Origin: a virus
Virus record (IMG/VR): IMGVR_UViG_3300031576_001126
Location: 76,189-140,188 of that record
DNA: 64,000 nt
Direction: 5' to 3' (one strand)
The notes below the pieces were generated by a model that saw only the letters and a program-made list of their open reading frames with translations, had not been told where the DNA came from and ran no database searches. Position numbers and translations under genes: made by a program. Positions 1 through 12,000 of this stretch are shown one piece after another. Position 1 is the first letter of the stretch. Each line of letters opens with the position of its first letter.

Positions 1-3000
1 GAGGTTTTGGTGATGCCCCTCCATCTTATTTCCTTGTAGTTGATGGGTTAAAGGATTTCTACTTTGGAGATATCCAGGCCGAAGAAAAATATAAAATAAT
101 ATCATCAAGAATAAAAACGCTAACACCAGAAGAAATCCCACTTTTTTATGCAAAAATTTATTTAAAATTGGATCCAGAAAGTTTTCGAGATGACGATCTT
201 GATGATTTGGTCAGGCTTTGGAATATTGACGCCCAAAATACCCCGCCAACTCCAAGCGGAAGAATATCTCATGCAGCAATATTTCATAGCATGATTATTT
301 CGTCATTTGTTTCCAACGCCATAACATTCAACCAGGGCAATCTGCCAACGATATTGTCTGATGGATATGATTTAAGAGGATATGTTTTATATCCAAGACT
401 TGATTCTTCCGCATTTTTCAAGATTTTATCGAATACGGAAGATACAATTGTTTTAGATTCTAATAATATATTGGAAATAGCGAGAATAGGAGATCAATCA
501 AGAGTTGGTATGGATATCCAATCTGGAAGAGTTTTGGATATAACCATAGATCGTAATAATCCTAAAATTATATATGCTTCAGCAAAAGACAATCCCTATA
601 TATCGCTTGACAGTGGAAGAACATGGAGACTAATCAATGATGGACTTCCTATAAATTCTTCAATAAATGAAAGTTTTGTAAAGTTTGAAAAAATAAAAAT
701 ACATAATTCATATTTATATGGTTGTGCTTTAAACTTTGCCGAAAACTTAGGTGGAGGGATCTATAGATTCGATGGAAATTCATGGGAACAAATTGGCGGT
801 ATTGATGGCGATGATTTGATTCCAAAATCCGTTAATGACTTTGCTATTTTCGATGATTTAGGAGACACTATAATTTATGCAGGAACATTACAAGATGGAA
901 TTTATAAGGGAAATGACACTCTTGGAAGTTTCGTTTGGGAAAAACAAAAATTACCAGACCACATCATAAATTCCATGGATCTTGTTAAAAAAGATAATGG
1001 AGATCTTGAAAGAGTTTGGATTGGAACAGCGGGTAAAGGTTTATTTAGAAAAGACGGACTCAGTGATAAAACTTGGGAAATAGAATATGACAACATATTG
1101 AAAAATTCAGAAATAAAATCCGTACTTTGGAGACCATGGAACATCTTTGAAAAAAATAGCGATATTTTTGTTGATTCTTTGTTTTCAACAATAACCACAA
1201 TAAACACAGGATTCAATTTAATAGAGACTAAAAAATATGTCCAAGTCAATTATGGCCCCGCAGAAAGTCTTGGATTGGAAAACGATCCAGATTTATTTGA
1301 TTGGGAAAAAATAGGAGAAAAAAAAGACGACAAAGAAATTCCTCATGTATTCTCTATAGATCAATCTAATGCTTCCCACATAACAGAATCAATAGACAGA
1401 ACCATCACTGATCACGATCTGCCGGACAATAGAAGACTAACTGCATTTGTTTCGGGAATAAAAGGATCTGGCGCTTTATCAGAAAATTTTGGAAACGGAG
1501 CATTATTGGCGGGAATAGGAGTTCCTTCCAATTCTCTTGGAATTGAAAGAGTAAATATAGATTCCAACCAACCAACAATTTACGAAGAACCATTTAGTCA
1601 TTTGCCAGACAGACAATCTATAACCACAATAGAAGAATCGGATTCTGGAAGAATTTTTTTTGGAACAGATAGAAGCGGGGTATGGAGAACTAAATCTTCG
1701 AACGGAAGAAAATATTTATTACCGTTTGTCGAAAATCCATCGGATTCTTTTGATCTTTCAAATTATGGATATGATTACATTGTCGGCAGGTTAGAGAGAT
1801 TTTTAGCGACATCAGTTTCTGATTTTCCAAATCAAAATACATTCAACAGAATAACAGGGATCGATCCAACTGGAGAAATAGGCTTCATAGACACATCGTC
1901 ATTATTTGATGGAATTGGATATTCGGAAAGATTTTTTAGAGCCGAAAACATATATACATATACTGTAAAATCTTCAGAATCTCCTGATCTTTTTTCTGAC
2001 ATAACTTTACATGGGTCTGATATTATTGGTGGATACTTTGTTCTATCAGAAATAACAAACGAAGCTCGTGGAGTTGTTGGGAGCAACAGGATTATTCTTG
2101 AGATAATTAATTTAAAATCCGAATCCGGGGATTATAAATTGTTTTTATCTGCCGGACAAAGACAGGCGATTTTGCCTCCACAAGTTATCTCGGATGCTAT
2201 TTGGATCGCAATAGATAAAGAAATTGAAAGTCCATCAGGAAATTATAATAAAATAGTTATTATGGATTTTGAAAAATATGAAGATATAAGTGGCAATCTT
2301 CCAAAAACAGATATTAAAAATTCTCTTGGTGTAAAAGAATCGGCGGTTTTCATAAGAGATATGAAAGTTATTGGATCTGAGGCTGTTATTGGATGTGGAA
2401 TTGGAGGACTATTTGTATCTAAAGATATAAATAATTTAAACACATCTGACATAGAATGGTTCAATATACTTGTTCCTTCTGAAATAAAAGACATTACTTC
2501 TATAGTTTGCATTCCCAAAACACCGACTAGTGGTTATGGGTATGGATATGGCGAGGGACTGGACTATTTTGATGTGTTTGGGCTGGATGGCAGTTTATAT
2601 GGATATGGGTTGGGTTTATTTGAATATGATTATTCATATGGATATGGGTATGGGGTCGGAATCGAATATGAAAGCTTGGATATTTATGTGGGAACTTGGG
2701 GAAATGGTGTTTGGGCACATAAAGGTGGACATTGGATTGGAGACATTTTTACCGGAGGAACATGGGAAGAAGTTGATGAATTAAATTTAAAACATAAAAA
2801 TATATGGAAACTATTCTTGTCTTCCAATGGTTTGCTATATGCGGGAACAGAACATGGTGGAATTTATGTTATTGATCCAAATGGAGGTTCGTGGATAAGG
2901 GAAATAGACAATATAACAAGATCTAAATTATTTATATGGAAAACCGAAGGATATTCTACTAAAAATGAATCTGTTTCTGTTTTCACAAACAAAGATAATA

Positions 3001-6000
3001 TTCTTACATATTCCTTTGGCGGTGGAGTAATGAGAAGCCTAGACGAGGGAAATAGCTGGGAACAAGCCATCAATGGTCTTTCAAATATTTATGTTCAAGA
3101 TTTAACAATTTGTCCAAATTCAACTTCTGATACGGCCTATGTGGCTACGGCCGGAGGAGGAGTTTACAAAACAACAAATGCATTCACTGGGAATTGTTCG
3201 TGGATAAAATTACCAACAAATGGATTGCCAGAAAATCTAAATATAGACGAAATAGAAGTTGGTAATGATCCAAATATAGTTTATATAAAAACAAGAATAA
3301 ATGATTTATCATTCAAAAGTCTTCCGTTATCTATAAAAAATGTAGCTTCCGTTTCCGATCCTCCAATCTTTGAATTTGGAGATTGGACCGGATCTCTTAA
3401 TACTTCTCTTTTCAATGGCACAAGATTCACGCCTCTTCAGCCATATACAAAGGGAGATAGGAAAGCAATAATATTTAGAAGCACGGATGGCGGAAATACT
3501 TGGGAATCAGTATATGACAAAGATCCAAAATTTACGGATAGGGATTATAGATTTTCAAGTTCTGTCTTTGGATTGACATTAAGACCTGGACAAAATGATA
3601 TTGTTCATTTCTTGTACAAATCGACTTTGACATCCAACAATCCCTCTGTCGGAAATATTGACTCATTTTTCTTTGTAACGATGAATGGAGACCAAATTAT
3701 CTCAGAAACGATATTCCCATTGGATAGCTATCAAAACCTTAAAATATTAAATCAAAGAACAGACGCATACATATCTGTTAATCCAATGAATTTTGATGAA
3801 ATATACATTTCTCTCCATGGAAATGTTGGTTCGACCTTTCAATTGCCTCCAATATACAAATCGACAGATGGTGGAAAAACGTGGTTTTATTCCAACGGAC
3901 ATTTTACATCAAGCGAAAGTTTTAATACAAAACTACAAATATCAAACAAAATCCCACCATCTGTTTCGGCTGTTGTGTCGGATGTGTCTTCAAGTATAAG
4001 TTTAATTGGCAATACAGAAAATATAGATAAAAATACAGCTATTTTTGAGAATACAAAAATATTTTTTTCATCCAATTTTAATAGAATAATTACATCTAGT
4101 TTTACGCAAACAACCACAGAAGATCCGTTTACAGATAGTTTGTTCTTTACATATCGAGACGAACCAGTTGTTGGCGAAATTAATTCTTATCCGAGATCAT
4201 TTTATCTTACTGGAGCCACAATTCAGCCTAATATAAATCAGCCAACAATAATTGCGATTCAAAACGGTGGACATGGAGATTTTCTTCCAAAACTTACAAA
4301 GGGGGTGGGGAACTCCAATAATCCACAATTTGTCACCGTGGTTCTTGATCAAACTTTTTCTGGAGCTATTCTTGATCCTATAAGCAACAAATGTAAAATA
4401 GGCAATTTGACATCAATAAAAATTGACTATTCCTCTCTTCCCACCGAATCTATATTTAGAAAAGAAAACTCATTGATAGGTTTGGATATTAGTATCGGAG
4501 GGATTGCAACAAAAATAGCTATACATAGAGCTTTATATCCGGTAGTATCTTCGACAATTCCAAATAAAATAGAATTAATTGTTATTGGAGATTTTGGATC
4601 ATCTATCGCCATTGGAACCGTTATGTCCGTAACCTTAAAACAACCCATATATTCTAATTATGATAACGATTTAATGTTATCTGTGAATTCCGGTGTATCT
4701 TGGAAAAAAATAGGGAAAGAATCTTTTTCTTTGGCTTTGGACAATATAAAGGGGATAGCTAACAATACCGTATTGCCAACAACTGTTCCGTTAACGGTCA
4801 GGTCTACATACTTATTGCAAGATGAAGGAGAAAATAGCGTTGTCTACAGAGGAGACGCAAGAGACGAAAGATATGAGAATCAATCCATTGAAAGATTAAT
4901 ATGGACAAAAATAGTCATAGATTCGACATTTAAGTCGAATAAAACCTTGTTTAATGGTCTGGCTTTTAGTGAATCTAGAAGCGCAATATATATATCCGAA
5001 TCAAATAAAATTTCAAAAATATCAATATCTCCATCTATTTCTGTAACAACACTGTTTGATAACTTGAACATATCACATCCCCTGGTTGTTTCCGAGGCAA
5101 ACAGTAACGATATGTTATTTGTTGCCAATAGTTCAGTATATTCATCAAAAGATGGATTTGAAACTTTCCAAGTTTTTACATTGCCTCAAGCAATAACCCC
5201 GGCCTCAATAAAAAGAATTGTTTTGAGTAGAAATCCAGATATTCCAGATGAGGTTTTCCTTTGTGTCGATGCTGGACAGTCTTTTGAACAATCAACGTTT
5301 AATTCTTCAGGAGTTATTTCAGAGGGAACAACAAACATTATAAGATTTGCTTTATCTGTTGGACAAAAAAATCCTTTTGAAAACTTTATAAAAAGATATA
5401 TTTCTTTCGAAGTTAATGGATCAAATTCTATATTCAATACGAGAATAGAGAGGATAACCTCGTCCGAAATATATACGCTCTCAACAATTGTTGGTTCTGT
5501 TATTTCTTTTTCTTATGATACAATAACCAACAAAACTTCACTAACCGGCAACGGTTCTCCACTGGATGCAGGCGCATATGCGGGGAACATTGTCACAATT
5601 CAAACAAGCTTAAATGTCGATGCTTTAACAATATTTACAAGCAGAGTAGAAGATGTGGAAAATATAACAGAATCAACTTTTGATATAATAGTCAACGGGG
5701 ATTTAAGACAAACATTCGAAGATAACGACATTGATTTCAATACTAAATTTCCTTCTTTAAGAATAGGAAAACTCGGAGATTTTTTAACTGTAGATTATAG
5801 TGGAAAAATAACGGCAAGCAGATCGACAAATCAAACATTACAAAATGGATTATGGTATTCAAATACGTTCGGAGAAGGCTTTGTTAAAATAGATGGATTG
5901 GAAATCGGAGGGATAGATGACAGACCAGGATGTTTGGATGCTTATCTTTTTGACAATGGGAGAGTTTCCGCAATATTAAATAATGACGATACAATAAGAA

Positions 6001-9000
6001 TATTAACTAACAATAATAGATTGCCGTCTGGAAATATTAATAAAGTTTTTACAACGCCAGACGGAAATATTTTTGCCCTAACCTCTAACGGTCTTTGCGT
6101 AATAGAAGGAGATGAAGAACTTGAATTCTCTTCTTTTTTCTATAATAATTTCACAAATATAATGGATCTCGGTGCGGATCAAAGATATATTTTTGATGCG
6201 GAAAACAAAACCTTTATATTGAGTGGAATTCCTAATGAATTTTATGGAGACGAAACTCCAACGTTAGCTAGTTTTAACTTTAATAATGTCGTAGCCACGT
6301 TAAAAGACTCAAAAGAAACAATTTGGGTTGGAACAGAAGGGTTTGGTTTGTATGCTGTTTTTGGGAATAATATATACAACTTCAATGCTGATAATAGCAA
6401 CATAGGAAGCAATACAATAAGATCCGTAATAGAAGATAATAGAGGAAATATCTGGGTAGCAAGTGGAAATGGTGGGGTTTCCACCAGCTTTTACGGAGAC
6501 AATATAAACGAGATACCGGCAATAGTTTGGACAAACTTTCCAACTGGAATAGGGTTTACTGAAAATACAGGATTAACTGGGGCCGTAAATTCAATTAATG
6601 TAAGAAACACAATGTCCATAATAGCCGACGGAACAGTAGATGTTCCTCAAGTAAATATAGATTGGACAAATATATCTTCTGTATTCCCAAAATCTATTAT
6701 TTTACGAAGCAATTCAACTATTACTCCGTCCGTCGTAAATGGGACAGATATAACTTTTGTTCCAATAAGAGACATAGTTTTAACCATCGAAGAAGAAACC
6801 AATAACGGGAATCTTGTGTGGAGAATAACTGGCTCGACAGCAATCGATTATGGAACAAACAATCTTATTGGCAAGCACATTGTTCCAGACACAAGATCGA
6901 ACACCAATGGTTTTGAAATAATTTTTAATTCTTTTAATTCGTTTGACATTCAAAGAGTTGAAGATGAAAATCCTCCGTCAATTGGTAATTTTATGATAGT
7001 CGAAAAGATCGATTCCGCTTTTGTTGTCTATGCTGGTGACGGCACAGACATTGGTTTTAATTTTTCAGATGTCGATTTGCCAAACAACAATCAATATACA
7101 TATTTCTTATTTTTTTATAATGATGTAAATTTCATATATAAATTAACAGACAGAAAGACTGTGGAGTTATCTGATTCTGAAATAGATTCTCAAAACGAAC
7201 TCGATATGATTTGTGGTGGAAGTGGAGGATTGTTTAAATTTACTCCAAGCGAAGATACACAATTTACTTTTATTGCTTCGTTTGGAGAAGGAAATGATAT
7301 CACAAATATATTCTTTGACACATCAAATATTGGTTGGCTTGCCGCAACAAGCAAGTTGGTTGAATTTAATTCTCCAAATATTATAACAGAATTCGGAATA
7401 AACGATTTATTTTCTGGTAAAACCGACAGTATCCCATCGTCCATGATTGTCAGAAATGCAGCCGAAAGATCAAACGGAGATATTGTCATAGCTACAGATG
7501 TGGGGCTATCCATAAGGGATATTGCTGAATTTACTTCTATAATAGAGAATGATCCAGACATATCATTCAGAGATGATTCTGGAAATCTAACACTTAACGA
7601 TTGGAGACCATCAACACTATTAAGTGCTGGGTCTGATCAGTTCAGTTTTATTGATGTTGGAGAAAACAACGCTCTTTTAGCCGTGAGAAAAAATATTTTT
7701 TCCACATCAAGTGGTGGTAATAATTGGTCAATAACAAACAACAACGATGACAACGTTATTTTCGATACTATAAAATTTGCTCACAAAATAGAAAAAGATA
7801 ATGAAATAATAGATATATTATTTTTCACAGACAGATCAATATATAGCTCTGGATCTGATAATATAGATATTTTAGAAACAGAAAATCTTCCATCAAGATC
7901 CGGCATTCTTGAATCTTATTCAATAGGAGATATGTGGTTATCAGAAGGACCATCTTCATCAAGACTGATCATCGGGATGTATAATAACAATATTGTTGAA
8001 GAAGAAAGAGAACTTGCTATTATTGATTTTTCATCACCTGATGAATTTACCACGCCTGTAACATTTATAAGTGGAAAAGATGGATTATCCATTCAATCTG
8101 CATATTCCTTCGCTGAAATAAATGACGGATTAGACATAATAATATGCTCAGGGTGTAAGGATTCGATAATATTTAAAAAGAATAGCGATTCTTGGAAACC
8201 CTTTATAACCGGAGAAATCGAACCGGAAACATTTGTTTATACCTCATTGTCCGCCAGAGTAGATGAAGAATCAATAGAACATGGAAAAACATTATATGCC
8301 ACAAGAACTCCTATCTATGGTGTTGATTTTGCACCTCAAGTATTATCATTCAGAATAGACGCCCCGTTGGTTGATAATAAAGTATTTAAATACGATGTAA
8401 ACGGTTCGTTGGCTGGAAGAGTGCGAGATGGATTTCGGATTTATCCATCTCCGATAATCAAAGTGGACCGTCCAGCGATTGGCGAGTACAATCCCCAATG
8501 GTTCCAAAAAAACATATATCGTGGGCATATTGGGGCAGTTAAATTTATAGAGTCAAGCAGATCTCTTGTTTTGGGAGGGTTTGCAAACACTTTAATGGTT
8601 ATTCCCTTTACGGCGGAAAGATCGGATGATTTTAGGAAATTGGCATGTGGTGTTTATTCTGGTCTTAGAGGACATAGAAATTTCATTCCCAATCAAGCTG
8701 CTTATTCATCAACAGAATATGTGGGATTTTATTTGCCATATGAAATCAATGAAGATTCAATATTCGCATCAGGTGTTTTCTCATTCTCTTCTGGCCTTAA
8801 CAATAAAACAGAATCGAACTTCTTGACAAAAAACAAAAATGCATGGTCTGTGAAATTTAACGAAGAAGATGGTTTCGCTTCATATTTACATTTTGGACAA
8901 AATAATTTTAATGATAACAAGAAATTTAAATTTAATTCTACGGATAACATTAGTTATTTAATGAAGACAAGAGATGGCGGACAAATATGGTATTCCTCGA

Positions 9001-12000
9001 TAAACAATGTCACCGGAGAAAGCGAATTCCCGGTTGCCTCTGTCGGCGATTGGATTTTCAATAAATTAGATCAAGATAATATTATAATTTCAACAGTTAA
9101 CGGTTTATATGAGTCTGGAGAATATAATTCTGGAATATTTGTTACGTTTGATGGAGGACATGGTTGGAGCAACGTTACTGATGTTCTTCCAAAGGTTCCG
9201 GCAAAATCCATAGAATTAATAGAAGATAAAGTTTATGCCGGTATGCTTGGGTACGGCGTTTTTAATACAAGCTTGGCTTCAATAAATTCTCTTGTTCCTG
9301 ATTGGGAACAGTTTGAGTCAAGATACACAACTCTCAATGGAATTAATATAGGTCTATGGAATGTCACTTCTATAGAGGAGGACAGAATTAATCCCGAAAG
9401 ATTATTGATTGGGACAACTAATCAAGGGGTTGTTCAATCTCTCAATTCTGGAGAAAGTTGGTCTTTCGATGATAATGGAATTCCTTCTGGAAATATAACC
9501 GTCATAAAAATGTTAGCCGTGAATCCCTTTGTCACTCTTGTTGGAATAAAAAACGATGGGCTTTACATAAAAAATAATGACATACAAAAATATGAAAAGA
9601 AAACAAATGGACTTCCAACAAATTCAAATATAAGAGATATAAAAATAGACATAACATTCTCTGATATATATCTTGAATTTAATTATTCTAATTCTCTGAA
9701 TGATTTTATATTAATAATAAGGGCTGATTTCTTGCCTCCTTCAAGGACTCCTGAAAACGGGGTATTATATCAAGTTGGAGGAGAAATAGAAAATGCTAAC
9801 GTTGTATATTTTGGAAATGAAGATTTCTCTCTAAATAAATTTGTGGATAGGAACGGAAAGATAAGAGATGGTATTCCATATTATTATAGATTTTTTACAT
9901 TGAATTTAGATGGGACATATACCGAAAGAGATATTATTCTTGGAAAATCAACCCTTGTGGAATCATTAAAAATAACAGACACTAGTAGCGCTCGTCTGGC
10001 CGATCCATTCCCAACGTCTGGGAATGGATTAAAACACAGAATCGTCAAACCATCCACATTAACAACACAATCCAAGCCAATGGAGATAGTTTCAAATACA
10101 GGAACAGAATTGTTCTTGAGAGCAGATCCTTTTGAAATATTAAATAGAGGGGGGGATGCTACTTTTGGAAACAGTATATTAAGGAATCAGCAATATCGCA
10201 TAGATTCAACCCTTATCGTTATTCCAATAAAGATAAATCCCATTTATATTATAGCTGAAGATATTTCAAATGGAATTTCTAAAGTTTACTATTCTAACAA
10301 CAACGGCGAATCCTGGTTTGAAAGAAATTCAGGAATAACATCTACGGACATTAGAACGTTAACTTTGGAAATATTAAATATCGAATCAAGACTTCTTTTA
10401 GAACAGGCTGCAATATACATATCTACTGCCGATGGAGTTTTTAAAAGCGAAGACAATGGATTGAGTTGGAACGAAATAAGTTCTTCTTCCGGAACAAATA
10501 TCCTTCCAAACTCCATTCCATATAGAAAAGTTGTAGTGGATCTTGAAGACTGCAATATAGTTTATGCTTTAAATGATAACGGAGAAACTTTTAGAAGCTT
10601 GAATGAGGGAGATTCTTGGGAACTTATGAATTCTTTTGATGGAGAGTTTAATGTGGCGGATATTGTTTCTTTCTTTACAAACCATATATATGTTGGGACA
10701 AATGGAGATGGAATAATAAGGTTAGAAAATTCAGTAAGAGATAGAATTGATCTAAACGTTATAGCTGATGGGAATATCTCGTTTTTCGATATAGATTTCA
10801 TAGAAATAGGTGATTTTGCATCGACAGATACAAACTCAATAACAGCAAGCACTCTTGTTAAAAATGATTCCATATCGAACAACAGAGAACAAATAAGATT
10901 TAAAACAAAAGAATATGCAAACAATATTCAAATACTTATTAAAAATAATGATATTCCATTTAATGTTGAGGATGTATTCATCGGTGATCAGCTTGCTAAT
11001 CCTCCTAGTAATCCGTTTATCTTAAGAATCCCCGAAACAGAAGACGATCCTACAATAGTTAATCAAATTATATCTCTTTCTGATAATAATTTGTATGCCG
11101 CAACAAACAGGGGGGCCTTTTTTACGAGTGATTTTGGATTAAAATGGAATAAAATAAACAATCCGGAATTGCCAGATGAAATTCTGGATATCGCCGATAT
11201 AAGAAATAATGAATTGGCATTAGCGACAGCAAGCGGACTATGGACCAGCACTAACGATAGAAAAGATTTTGGAATAATAGAATCTTCAGGAAAAAGAATA
11301 AATACTATTTTTGAATCTTCAGATAGAATAGTGAGAAATTTGATTAGGGGAGGAGAAAATGGTCTTAGAATTACAATAGAAAATTCAAAAAGTATAATAG
11401 CCTTTTCTGGAAAAAACAGACAAATAAAATTAAGCTGGGGCGATATCTTTAACAGAGTGGACGGAGGATGGTCTGAAAACACTCAAATAATATTGGCTGA
11501 TCCAATTTTCAGACCAATAAAACCCGATGATAATTCTTTGACAAGTTTTGATGGATGGGATCATGCCCTTATTGTTAGGAAAGGACCGTTTACTACTTTT
11601 GAAAAAGCTTTGGCTGCTGGAATAAACAACAATATATTTGCTCCCCAAACACAAGTTGTTTATCCAACTAATACTTTGGTTAGCGTTTATAACACCCCAA
11701 TATCAATTGCTCAATTTTTTGCATCTTCTAATTCTATAAAAGAAAGCCTAGAAGAAATAAGAGATGTTAATTTGAAAGGTAAAAATTTGGTTGGTGTTCC
11801 GTTCAGTCCTCAAAGATTTATGACTGATGGATCCATTATTGTGGGTGTTCTTCCCAATAGGAAGAGAAGTGTTGCCGGATATCCAGATGAGTTTGATTTC
11901 GGTCCAAGTCCAGAATATCCAATAATCGATTCGGTACAACCAATTACTCAAGACAGAACATTACCAAATAATATTGCCGATTTGGACGCAGGAGTCGTAG